In this document: positions 11,697 through 23,689 of the stretch, piece by piece
Position numbering within the stretch: position 1 is the stretch's first letter
Layout of the letters: each line of letters opens with the position of its first letter
From: Phoronis australis
Taxonomy: Eukaryota > Animalia > Phoronida
Length of the DNA stretch: 64,000 nt
Reading direction: 5' to 3'
NCBI GenBank assembly: GCA_002633005.1
Contig: NMRA01000908.1
Span: forward strand, 38,276 to 102,275
The notes under the pieces: model-generated
Database searches by the model: none
What the model saw: only the letters and a program-made list of their open reading frames with translations
What the model was told of the DNA's origin: nothing
Translations under genes and position numbers: made by a program

Positions 11697-14600
11697 AGTA
11701 CTTTCACATCACCCTGGCAATAAATGACCTCGATACATACACCTCAAAGCTTCGTTATCACAGGCAAAATCACTTGACATAGCATTGATTCCAGAAAGCT
11801 CAAGCCCACTGAAAATACACCATTACCATAATCACATTTAAGTAATAACGAAAGTTACCTTGAGTTCAACATTTGTCAGCAACTACACAAGGGTAACAGA
11901 CAGTCATACGTACAAACTTTGAGTCATACCCTTGAACTTCAAGTCTTACACAGGAACTTCAAGTCATACACACAAAACACTGCCTCATTCGAAAGAACAT
12001 TTTATTCATACATACGAACCACACCATGATGTGTAAAAATAAAAAGTCATACTCATGAACTATCAAATCAAGCATACGAACAAAAATCCGGCATTCAAAT
12101 AACATGAAAGAAATAGTTCTCGTATAGATACATTTACTGTTGCCATTTTGCTTAGTGCTGTGCTCGTTGGGAACAGAATGATGACCATCATCGATAGAAA
12201 ATATTTACACTTGTGACTTTTGTTCACCCACCTGGATTTATTTTATACTAACAGCTAGTGGGAAACGCCGAGGGAAATACATGTAGTTACTCCTAGGAGT
12301 GAACATTAATGTTCATTGCAAGAGACTGTAATACTTCTTAAAGGCCCGTGTTCAAACCTTGAAGCAGAATTTCAGTCACTGTCAGGTTTTAGTAGGCAAG
12401 GTGTGCAGCTGCGGGATTCTTTCCCCAGGCATTACAAATTTCTTTCCAGAACATTTGACCCTGCCGTAACACAAAGTACAGTGAAAACTACGAATGCATT
12501 TCAAATACTGTATAGTACACATAATATATTTATGTATTTACAAAAGATGCATCATCAATGTACATACTGACGGGTAGAAAGCCAGCTAGCTGTATGAAAA
12601 CTATCGTCAACATACAGCTAGGTAGCTGTGTGTAGAGCCCCGTTCAACACCGAAATTTCACACAACCCCGGTGCTCAGCTTGTCACCTCGTCGTGAAATT
12701 CAGAGTTAACAACCTACAGGGGCGCATGCAGAATCTGGGAATGAACCGACATTCACCTTGCCCGTTACAGCCGTTTATAGAAGTAAAAAGACAATCTACA
12801 TGTAATAAATGTATTTTTTGTAATTCTCCGCCTTTTGTAACAAAGGAAAATCTTTGGTCGTTTTGAAAACAGTGCATACTTGTGACACGCGCACGTACAT
12901 GTACGCGCCATTTCCGAAAAAATGTGACATCTCTCGAGAGTTTTTTCTGAAATTCGGTTTTCTGATAATAAAATAGTAAAAACTTGTAATGAATCGTAGA
13001 CGGATTTAGGGTGGGGCCAGCCCCCCTTGGCTACCGCAAAAAAATAAAACAGCAAGAGCGTAGAGAAATGTTGAGTTTAATAAATAACCCCGGTATTAAA
13101 ATTATACGGATGAAACAAGATTTAAATGTGTGCAGTTTTAGTGTTTGGAGGGGGGGGGGGGGGGCNAATTCGGAACACGGCGCATTCGTAACGGAACTAT
13201 GGCTAAGTATAGGCTCTCCCGCGATATCCCAGGCGACCGGCATTGGCGCTGCGCAGTACGACTCTGTTTCTGTCTTCTGCTCCACTGTGCAATGAACAAA
13301 ATTTACTTCATTTTTTAAAGAAAAAGGAACCTGAGTGACGATAAAAAACGGAAGCTGCTGGTAAGATGTGAATTTTAATCGAAGCCTTAGTGAATCACTC
13401 AGAAACTCATAATTCTCTCTTTATCAAACCTTTACTTAAGACGATTTCCAAAGCAATTCCGTCATTATTGCCAACACGAAAAACGGAATTGGTCTTTTGG
13501 GCATTTGAAGACTATTTTAAATACAACAAATTTGTTAAGAACCGATTGCACAAAATATAAAACGTATAATAAGCATTACGAAAAGAAGTAGGTTTCGCGC
13601 GCAAACGCTGTGGACCATAAACGAGTAGGTGTCTTAGTATGAGCTTAGTAGTCAAATCGTGGTGGGGTAGTGGTAATACACGCACGCTCTAGCCTCTAGG
13701 TCGTGAGCTCAAGTCTGTGGTACTTGCGGTTTTCCTGATTGACATGTTCTCCGTGTTTTCTTGCCTTTTTTCTTGAATAATACTTCAGGAATCGAGGAAA
13801 ATGCTTGATTTTTTACAGGCAAAAGCAGAAAAATTTCCTTGGCGGGAGGGGGGTGTATCCGGTGCTGTACTCATCTACAATCGTGGTTGGCGCAAATGCT
13901 TACAGCCGAACAAAATGTTGCCCCCCTTGTGATATCCTAGATCCACTGTGAAATGAAACCACTTGCGATTGTTATGTCATGTACGCAACCTCACAGTTGA
14001 TTGAATAACATGGAAATTGGCCAATAGGTGACGCAATGGCGCCAAAGAGCGCATCGCAAATTCAGCAAAAAATACCGGTAACTGAAGAACGCCGATTTTC
14101 CAACACACGCGTAAATAATTTTGTTTACTCAAGGGAGAGTAAGAATTTTTTAATGAGGTATCATTGATGGCGACAGGCCCGATGAATTATGTACGCGACA
14201 GAAGCCGGAGGGAGTGAAGTTAATCCGATGGAGTGACGTCACCCAGGCCATTTAGCCGACGAGCTGAAGTCACCAAGGCCAGTACAATACTGGCCACCCG
14301 CCCTCCGCATTCGCAAAAAACGGCCCGCGAGACTAAAATAGGACACCTCGAATCCAAATAGGTGGCCGGTGGAATACCTGGGATCAAGGTGGTGCCGAAA
14401 CGGGCGGGGGAGACGGAGTTTGTGCAAACGATGCATTTTACATGATAGATATAATATAATAGTTATGGTTCTTTGGTTTACATGCATGAGTTTTTGTTCA
14501 TACATTTGATATGGTTTGTACCTACGATTCAAGTGTCACTACGAATGAGGAAGTGGTTAGTATATATGATTCAAAATTTGTACGTTTGATATCCTTGTTC

Positions 14601-16656
14601 GCCCTGAACAGGCGTATTTCAATCGGATGATATAACCTAGGACATACTTTGTAATTTAGAAGCTCATATTAGTCAGAGACATAGTCAAATGAGATAGTTA
14701 CTATAACATTTAAGACTCTCAACAGCCCATATTCCTAAAACACTGTCAGCAAGTAATTTAGTAATGTAATGTATAAGTATTCATCGTGAATAACACATTC
14801 ATACCTGAGTATTAATGTTAATAGATGCACACCACTACATGTAGGTTTTGACGAGACTAGTTTTGAGGTAACAGGCTTCTCAAAATCAAGCAAAGTCATG
14901 CATTGCATCAGTAAAGATAACACCAACAAAAATTTTGATTATAAGTAAGCTACTTTTCAACATAATAATTCTCCAAAATCCACTCGGGCTCTAGATAACG
15001 GGGGATAACGACTTCGCCATGTAATAATCTATATTTATTTTCATCAATATTCAATATCGTGACACATATCTTAACCTACTATTCTGTGCAATTCAAGAGT
15101 TTCATTAAAGTTTAGTCACGCCGATGTTTCTTGTTGACTGATAAAGGCACTCAAAATTCCCGTTGGACTCATTTCCAGCGGCACCAACATCATGAAAGGC
15201 GTGTTCAACGGGCTATTTTATGATCGGTGAAGATACGCTATAAAGCAGCACATTATTAAGCAATTTTCAGATTTTTGTGCTAACACTGTAAGCAATATTC
15301 TAACTTTTTCAATGCGAGCGTCCCATTCAGTTGACCAAAAATTGTCTAAAATGATTTAAAATCGTTTTTTTTTGTTTGGAAGTGAACTTTTAATCAATGT
15401 TGTATATTACTTTCAACTTCGGTTGATATCTAAGCAACCAAATGCGCCGAAAGAATCTTAATTGATTCAAATGAAATGGGTACGTTAAGATTTTAAAGTG
15501 CGCGCGCTCCTTAATTTTCGATAAGCATGAGAGAAACTGTTTTTATTGTCACCCACTCGCCTTGGGGACAGTTATAGTAATGTTTCTAAAGTACATTCTA
15601 AGTTAGTTAATGTGTTAAAAGGTTATTAGATCACAATTGCTTAGAGCTTATAACTTAACTATATACACGTACACTGAGCTCACTTCAATTTTGGCTTGCT
15701 CTAGAACCATGAATTACACGTACCTATTTGTGCTGGATATGAAGATCATGAACATATCAAGATTTTTCTGATTATTTGTATTGCGTTTCTGAACAGGTTT
15801 CCAACAGAGTACATGTGCAAGACAGGATAGCTTTGGTGCTTATGTGAAACACCTTAGTAAAATATTGTTTTTTTGAAAAGGCACCACTTTGAATACAGGT
15901 TATTGGCAACACACAATGTAACAAAACTAGATGAAAAACTCTATCAATGACATTAACTTACTTTCAGTCTTCCCAAACCAATGAAAACTTTGAAATATAG
16001 CATTACACTGTCTGCACCACCACCAATATTATTTACCTAATAACTTGTAAAATTGTTCTATCCAATACGTAGGACAAACTCAACGTAATCTACAAACTCG
16101 GTTTCGTAATTATAGTTTGAACATAACACATAAAAACATTTCTGATAGTATAGGTAATCATTTCAATTCCAAAAAACATAATTTTCAAGATCTTTCTGTA
16201 CAAATAATAGAAAATCTCCAATACCCCCAGAACCCCTAACAGACTCAATGTCACGTTTTTCCCCGTGTGTGGGTGGGCGCAGGTTGTTACAGACCGGTGC
16301 TAATAGCTTTCGGTGCGACGATTGACTGAAGACTGGTTCGAGTTAATCCTTTATTAATCCCGACCGTACGTTCACAAGCCTACTCAAACAAAACGTCCGA
16401 CGTAATGTCTGTTTTATGCTCCAGCCAATGCTGCGAAGCCTTGACTTGTGATGAACTTCTGAGGCACTTTCAGCAACTGTTACACACGTCGATTCAAGAA
16501 CCTGCTGTCTCTATAGCTGGCTCTCTAATGACTATCGCTGTAACTGCTGATTCTCTTCACTGCAACTCAACTGTAATTCTCCTGATTAATTTTCTTGAAC
16601 TGACTTGATCTGACTATCACAAACCCCTGCTTGTGTATTCATAGCCTAATGCATTG

Positions 16657-18234
16657 TTCTGGAAATTTTCAACAATATTCAAACACATTCTAGAACTTTC
16701 CTAAATCTACCCAATCATTCTAGAAATATATACAATACAGCCACTGAATATTTGGACTTCGTCCGGGCTACCTCACGCCTGCCAGGCCGGAGCGCAACCG
16801 GAACGCAGGCGTGACAGAAATCAGTCACGGTCGCCTCACGCGTACTCTCCGGGTAGTCCTCACGCTTACCTCCGGTTTAGTTCACGCTTTCTTCAGGCTT
16901 TCCTCACGCCTTCGGTACCTGTGGTCACCATGGTAGGGCACCGGGCTAATCAATGAAAATACATGTAACGTCTTGATTGCCTGTCATTATAGTACATGTA
17001 TATTATAGAGTATCCTTGCAAGCAGTCATCCATCACACTTGGGTTCCGACTAACCTTGTAATTCCACGTGTTCTTCATACAAACGTCTTCCTTCAGCTCA
17101 TCTTGATGTTACATTTATATGTACATTGTTTATTTACAACTTAAGAGCCAGTCCAAACAACGACATACATGTACAGTAACCACGGTTAGTAAATACGAAT
17201 ATACGCGACCCTGTGTCCAGAGTCGTCTTTACATGGCTGAGGACTCCTTGAAACTTGTCACAGCTGGATATAGTTAATTTGCCCTAAATATAGCCTACGC
17301 ATCTTGTGAAGTATTGTGTCACTCCGTAAATTTTTGCACCACACTGGCGTACAGAAAATTTCAATAGGCCACCATTCTGACATACCCAACCCTTACTGCA
17401 AGCCAATGTTTTGACTAAAAAGTTCTCAATCCGTAGTGCAGTTTAATTATTTGTAGCCCCCTCCCCGTAGTACATGCGTTTCGACTTAGTTCACAGTATA
17501 CCCGGGGTACTTCTTCACTAAAATAATAATAGCAATGATCTGTTTGACTCGTCAAATGCATGGGCACGATCAGTTTTCTCCGCATGAAGCGGAACTTGGG
17601 ATCAATGTGCTCAGAATTGACATGCTATGTTCCTTCATATCGTGAAGGCAATTGAATATTTCCGCCATGTACACGCGTGTTAAGATTCTTTATTAGTTTA
17701 TATAAAAAACATATAATTATGTATAAGTGAAAAGTAGAGTCCACAGGTCTGTTTCCTGAAGTGACTTAAGATTTGAGAAGGAAATTTTGGTCTTTTGCTG
17801 AACGTGACGACTTCAAAAAATAAACCTCACATGAGCAAAAGTCTATGAGACTACACACATCACTGCTAGTTACTGATATAATTTTAATAAATTACTTTTT
17901 CATCTGCGATGGAGGTAAACTCACGCCTGGCTCACGGCTGGCTCGCGCTTCGTTCACGCATAACTCACGGTAAGCAGTCACGCTTAGGCTCACGCCAGCT
18001 GTCACAGTTGATTCACGTCTCACTCTCCGGTCTGTCTCGGGTTACGGTCACGGATGGCTAGACCGGAGAGACACCGGAGAGAGTCTAATAATTCAGTGGC
18101 TGTACTGTACTAGTCTCTAGAATATTCCAGACTGCATTAATCACTGTCATGCTAGAGTCTTCTAGAAAGTTCCACACTATACTGCAGGAAACAAACTACA
18201 CCATCAGTAATGAACTCAGTCTACTAGAAAGTTC
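16657..18234. promoter_or_regulatory. Cluster of heat-shock elements in the LTR U3, split by the nested MITE
   Basis: Perfect TTCnnGAAnnTTC at 16688-16700 and 18160-18172. Near-perfect or partial sites at 16657-16670, 16718-16725, 18115-18132 and 18222-18234. Confidence 0.65.
16738..18102. mobile_element. Non-autonomous DNA transposon with TA TSD (Tc1/mariner-like), nested in the LTR
   Basis: TIR CAGCCACTGAAT / ATTCAGTGGCTG, extending imperfectly to about 29 bp. TA flanks both sides, and subterminal TCACG arrays occur at both ends. Confidence 0.85.
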
Positions 18235-18414
18235 CATACTATTCTGTTGTAAAAAAATTACATCATCATTGTACTTAACTCAGAGGTCATGCCAATCAAA
18301 CTGAATTACAAAACAAAACAATACAACTAATAATACTGTCAGATTATATTCTGACACTCAAAAGAGAACAATTTTGGATAGATAAACTCAATACACTTAA
18401 ACCTAGTGGATTAA

Positions 18415-20135
18415 AGGCAAAGGCAACCTTTTTCATGTCTTTTTTAGCAAAAATAAGGTTCGTTGGTTATCCCAGACATATTTTACACTTAATTAAAATT
18501 TTTCGTAATTTAATTAATTACTCGTCCTCTACTCCGGAACTGACGTTTTGGGAGTCAAGAATTTCGCGCCAATTTGGTTCTGCGTTGAGTTTAGTGTGAG
18601 GATCTGTAATACTTTTGTTTTCGAGCTGTTTTTCTAAAATTGTCGTCACCACTTCCCATCCACGAGTTTTCTACGACTTACTAGGCTGTTAGAGAACCCA
18701 ATTACATTGGATTTAGAGATTCTTTAGTTTGTATTAATCTGAAAATGACTGGAGTCGGCGACCCATTTCACATTGACAGTAGTGACGTGAGTAACGGAGA
18801 CATTGTTCATATAGCCGTGCTGACGAGGAATTTTTTCACGGACAGTCAATGGGTGGGTATACTTTGTGTGTTTGAGTCCGAGTATAATGAGGCAGAGTAT
18901 ACACAGGCACAACTGTCCCACGTGCCCCAGTGTCCCGCAATACACTCCCAGTGAGCACCCAAAATGCTTACATCTCGCAGTGTGACTCCGTTGCCACACA
19001 CCTGGCACTTTCGAAATAGCTCCAATACTTTAGACAAGTCCACAATAAACTTATCAAAGTTTGGCTCACCGATCTGTTCGTTTGACGCCGAACTGTCCTC
19101 TACACTGGGTGTCAAACTGGGGCTGTATTCACTCCCACAACTCAAAATCGCTGCAGGGTTGCTCACAGGCTCTGTGTTAGAAACAACAGCACAGGGCGAA
19201 TCACTGCTAGGTCCCAGAATTGCACGCTCTGTACCTTCGGAGGCAAGGGTGACCGGAGATGAGGTGCCTCCAATCACTGTTGTGGCCATAGATCGCGAGG
19301 CTTCTCGCTTCAAAAGACCCAAGATTCCATACGTTTGTCAGGAAGGATCGTATCTAAGTATTGAGATGCTGTCTGGATTTTATTTCTGCCTTATATGCTC
19401 CAAAATTACGGAAGCTTTTTAACGTGACTCGTCAATTGTTTCGATCCAGTGCCCGACTCCAGCGTCACTACCCTCAATCTATTTACATTTCACTTTCTAC
19501 TATTGGGCATTGACATACATGTATATGTGGATAGCATGCATTGCCGATTTTGTAAGAGAATAAAGTGATGATAATAATCTTGCTCATTCATTATCTCAGA
19601 CACGACCAGTGTGCACTTGACAACCCCGTTCTCAGCAACGATACAACACAATACACTGTTTTTGTCCATCAGTGCATTTACACGTTGGAAAAAAAATTAT
19701 CAAATCACAACGGTACCTCGATTCTTCAATATGGACTGAGCAAAGTGTGGCCACTGAAAACATCGATTGCTCCACAGTGTACTGCCATACCTGTGTCCGA
19801 CGCACGAACCTGTGCCATTTCTGGGCGAGCTTAGGGTTATTATGAGACACCAAAAATGGAATATTGCGATTACTGCATACTTTGCGCACGCACTTTGCTA
19901 TAATACTCGTCTCAGGCAATATTCATCTCTTTTCGAGACCACTCCACCTCATGGGTGGACTTTCACTGATGACGTCACACGAAGTTTTTAAATTACATTT
20001 TTGTGTTTATTTCTTGATTACAAGTATAGAAAGTGAAACAATACATAAAATACCATACCAAAATTGTTGGTAAACGAATTCAAGCATTTTGACCATGGCG
20101 TGAAGGGTTTAAACTGTTTAGTTGCTGGCTTGACT
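18415..20135 (-). mobile_element. Kolobok-like DNA transposon derivative with THAP domain
   Basis: TTAA|AG...CT|TTAA termini with short imperfect TIRs. ORF 19632-19919 has the THAP pattern CVRKVC..KWHRFVRRT..LCSVH. ORF 18846-19322 has KFIVDLSKVLELFRKCQVC..WECIAGHWGTW. The element is internally deleted and contains stops. Confidence 0.75.
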
Positions 20136-21409
20136 TTAACTCAGTCACGTAAGAGTTTTGTCTGAGAATGTTCTAAGATGGTGTCAAGTCACTGTATTGT
20201 TAATGAGAACCCGTCACTGTTACCTTGTCGCCATGGTTTTTAAAAATTATGCATCGGTGAGTTATTGGGTTTGAAAGTGAAAAATGGCGGTCTACTTAGG
20301 AATAAATGATGTCATATAGTTGATGGAAATCAACCTGAAATTAACGTTGGTCATTTCCGTCAGTTCTGTTGTGTGCAAAAGTCAAGTAGGTGCTTTGGCG
20401 ATTTTCTCTGTTATTTGTTATTTGCAAGTATGATAATTACCCGCAGCAGCCGAGTGTCTGTCACAATTAGCGTGATGAGCAGCCTTAAAGAGATCAAGAG
20501 AACTGCTTCAGAGGTGTGAAGGTGGCCAGGAAATTAAGTCGGCCGGTTCCCGCGCATCAGCTATCTGAAATTTTGTGGTGTGGGGGAGGTTAATATGATC
20601 CAGATTTTCCTGAATTTCACCAACCCATATCAAAATGCAACGAAGCATCAATTTCTCAAAATTGGTAGGACTCAAATGATACGCGACTTTCAACATGCAT
20701 AAAAGTTCAATAATTCCTATAATGAATAAGAAATGTTTTGCCTAATGTCGTAGGCGAATAAACATTTAAATCATGAAGCAATGAACCTTTGATGAGTTGA
20801 GACATCTCATACAAGGCATCCCATTGCAAAACTAATCATATTTCAAGTTTTCCTTTTAAATATATTTTTCAATAAAGAATTATTCAACGATCTCAGAAGG
20901 CATGACCACAATGCATGACCGACGACATTCAATGAAAAGCATAAGAGTAGAGTTTTCCAACCGGGAGCTTGAGACATCCAAAAATTCAAGTGTGTTAACA
21001 ACGTAAATTCTGGAGTTTCCAGAGTTAGCCTGTAACGAATTTAGAGTTAAAACTAAACATTTTAAAATCCCAGAAATCATTATTTACACGTACGACGGTC
21101 AGTACTTTGCGAACCTTGAAATCCGAATCTCACGGTGTGTTCGGCGCAATTTCCTATGACGATAATATCGATGATTGTGCTATAATGACACAACTGGGAA
21201 TAATGTCTTTTTGTGCATGATTAAAATTGTGGTACTTTGCATGAAAAGTCATAATTTACTTGAAAATATTGCCTTACTCGAGCGTAAATAGTTTGTCTTA
21301 ATTAAATCTTGATTTTTATCGGAATCCACTTGATCTAAGTTATGTTACAAGCTACGCAGCAGACTAAAACAAATGGCGAATTTTAAAAATAGTTATAGGT
21401 TATACGTGC

Positions 21410-21463
21410 TTGTACCAGTGGTTATTAAATCGAGAGTTGTACCAGTGGTTATTATATCGAGAG
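21410..21463. repeat. 27-bp tandem duplication
   Basis: ttgtaccagtggttattaaatcgagag followed by ttgtaccagtggttattatatcgagag. Confidence 0.9.
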
Positions 21464-21471
21464 TCGTGATA

Positions 21472-22340
21472 TGCAAAGGTATTTGAACGAGGGCGAAGCC
21501 CAAGTTCAAATATTTTTGTATATCACGCTCCACTGAGAATTCTTTAAAGACGCGGGTTTATACAGATTGCTCCGCTTGTCTTGGTCAAATTCAATAAGAA
21601 GACGTCCTAGCGAAAAATAGAAAATACCATATGAAAGCCCGTTCCAAACTCTATCTAGATTAATAGTTTCGCAACATTCCATATTTTTTTCGAAAAAATT
21701 GAACTTTTGTGTTTTTTTGAAATTCAAAGAGCAATAACTCGAAAACGGTAAGTCTGAGAAAACCGTTATAGCAGAACTTTTGAAAGAACATACTTCAAGG
21801 AATCCACATGCAAAAATTCACGTCATTTGCTCTTCCCATTAAAAATGCGACACCAGAACGATTGAAAATGGGTGAAAATGATTTCCGTTTAAACAAAATT
21901 TTATAAAAGCCGATCAATATCAAGAAACACGTGACCAGTTTGAAAATGATTGGTTCGCCGATGAGCCCTCTACAGGAGAAAACGTTTTTGGCCAGATATC
22001 GAGGTGCGTATGCGCCACTTCAAATAGTCCCGCCATATTTGACCGGAAGTCAACGTTTTTCAATACATTTGTAGCACACGTACTTTACAATAATCGTACC
22101 AGGTTTCAGCCCTGTAGCCTATGAGCATTTGACTCTGAAATCGGAAACAAAATGGCCGCCACGTCCGCCATTTTGTATCCGATCATGACCAAAAACAATA
22201 GGCTTACAAGACTTTCCGATCTACACGTTGTGTGCAAATTTCATGAGAATCGGACGTAAATTGCTAACCTGTAGAGTGCGAACAAAAAAAAAACTTGACG
22301 ACAGAGCAACATAGTTGGCGAAATTTATTTCGCCAAATAA
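21472..22340 (+). mobile_element. Helentron/HINE-like non-autonomous element
   Basis: 5' hairpin TATTTGAAC-ga-GGGC-gaa-GCCC-aa-GTTCAAATA (21480-21512) and 3' hairpin TTGGCGAAAT-tt-ATTTCGCCAA (22315-22336). Internal AAAATGGCCGCC..CCGCCATTTTG and GCAAATTTCATGAGAATCGG boxes are typical of such elements. Confidence 0.65.
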
Positions 22341-22544
22341 TAAATAAATCACGTCTCGAGTGCAAGACGTACACTTGGCCTGCGTTCTTTGCAATCAAGA
22401 AACTCGCAAAACAGAATGCAAACGCAACACTTACAGTGTTATAACAATCACAAGCGAACCTCGTGATCACACTAGCTTTACTCGTGGAATTCGTGCGTCA
22501 GCGGAACGCAGCCTTGTCTAGGGGAAGCTATCAAACGAATGAAA

Positions 22545-22712
22545 CCTTGACCAATGAGGTAACGAGTACGGTCGGTGTATTAATATGAAATTAGTGCGTG
22601 ACGTAAAGGAAAATGTGATCCCATACATACACATGTTAATAAGTTCATTTGCCAGAATTTACTTTGCCTGTGTCATGCTACCTGGACGTGCAGAGTAAAG
22701 TAGCAGGTGAGT
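22545..22712 (+). promoter_or_regulatory. Candidate promoter and first non-coding exon of the GPCR
   Basis: CCAAT at about 22551, CRE-like TGACGTAA at about 22599, then a strong donor CAG|GTGAGT at 22707. Inference only. Confidence 0.3.
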
Positions 22713-23543
22713 TTTTCAAATTTATGGTGACGTACATATATATGCAAAACATCAAATAAGACCTTCTGTCGGTACATTTCGCTGTCAATGCAGCTTCTAC
22801 GGTGTTTTCCCGTGCTTTTCGAATTGAATGATGCCCTGCTTTAATAATTTTTCTTCACACGAATAATCATCAACGCCCCCCTCCCCCCCGGAGTATACAC
22901 ATATGGTTCCAAGTCCCCCTGCCTGTCTACAGAAGAGTACATTCGTATGGTGATTGTCAAGGACAAATGTCATGCAAATTTTCCTCAGACGCTACATTGG
23001 ATATTTCTGTCGCCATTACAAGCCTTTTGGACAAGCACGGAATGGATTGCCATTAGACACCATAATAAATGTTCGGTAAATATAAGATAAAAATAGACAA
23101 ACACGTGTTATATTTTAATGGACGTAGAAAAAATCATTTTAAATTCAGTTTTGAGAGCAAATGTTATGTTATGTTTTACTCAATTAATTTTTATTTCTCT
23201 TTTTCGGGCCCATAGAGGTGCTTCTCGGTACTCATGTTTTCTTCTCATCCACAGTTGCCGCGTTAATGATTCCCAGTCTCAATGTTCACAGGTAAGCTAC
23301 TGTTGTTTTCTTACTTGATAAAATACCTTATTTGTATAATTTTTTGTATAATATGCAACCCTGATCTTTATCGGCAAGATATTTTACGGAGGTATCACAC
23401 ATTTATATTGAAAATTGATTTCGTTATTTATTTCAGCATTTGTATTATACTAATGTTGTACACATCACCGAAATTCTTGTTTCATTTGTATATTTGTATT
23501 TAAATGTATACTCAAGTATAAGTACTAAGTTCCATATTTTGTG

Positions 23544-23653
23544 ACACACACACACACACACACACACATATTTATATATGTGTGTGTGTGTGTATGTGTG
23601 TGTGTGTGTGCGTATGTGCGTGTGTGTGCGTGTGTGTGCGTGTGTGTGCGTGT

Positions 23654-23688
<35 letters not shown>
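23544..23688. repeat. (CA)n followed by a long (TG)n microsatellite
   Basis: Directly visible dinucleotide runs. Confidence 0.95.

Positions 23689-23689
<1 letters not shown>

Larger units (their letters stand above)
16249..18356 (-). mobile_element. Solo LTR (741 bp once the nested MITE is removed)
   Basis: TGTCA...TGACA termini and a perfect 5-bp TSD CTCAA (16244-16248, 18357-18361). A minus-strand AATAAA lies at 16350-16355, about 100 bp from the 3' end. Confidence 0.85.

Noticed and set aside
13659-13720. tRNA-like A/B boxes (also about 9505-9560 on the minus strand)
   Set aside because: Too degenerate to call; at most old SINE fragments.
12995-13950. Possible hAT-type element (GGATTTAGGG ... 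CCTAGATCC)
   Set aside because: The termini are decayed, no TSD was found and an N lies inside.
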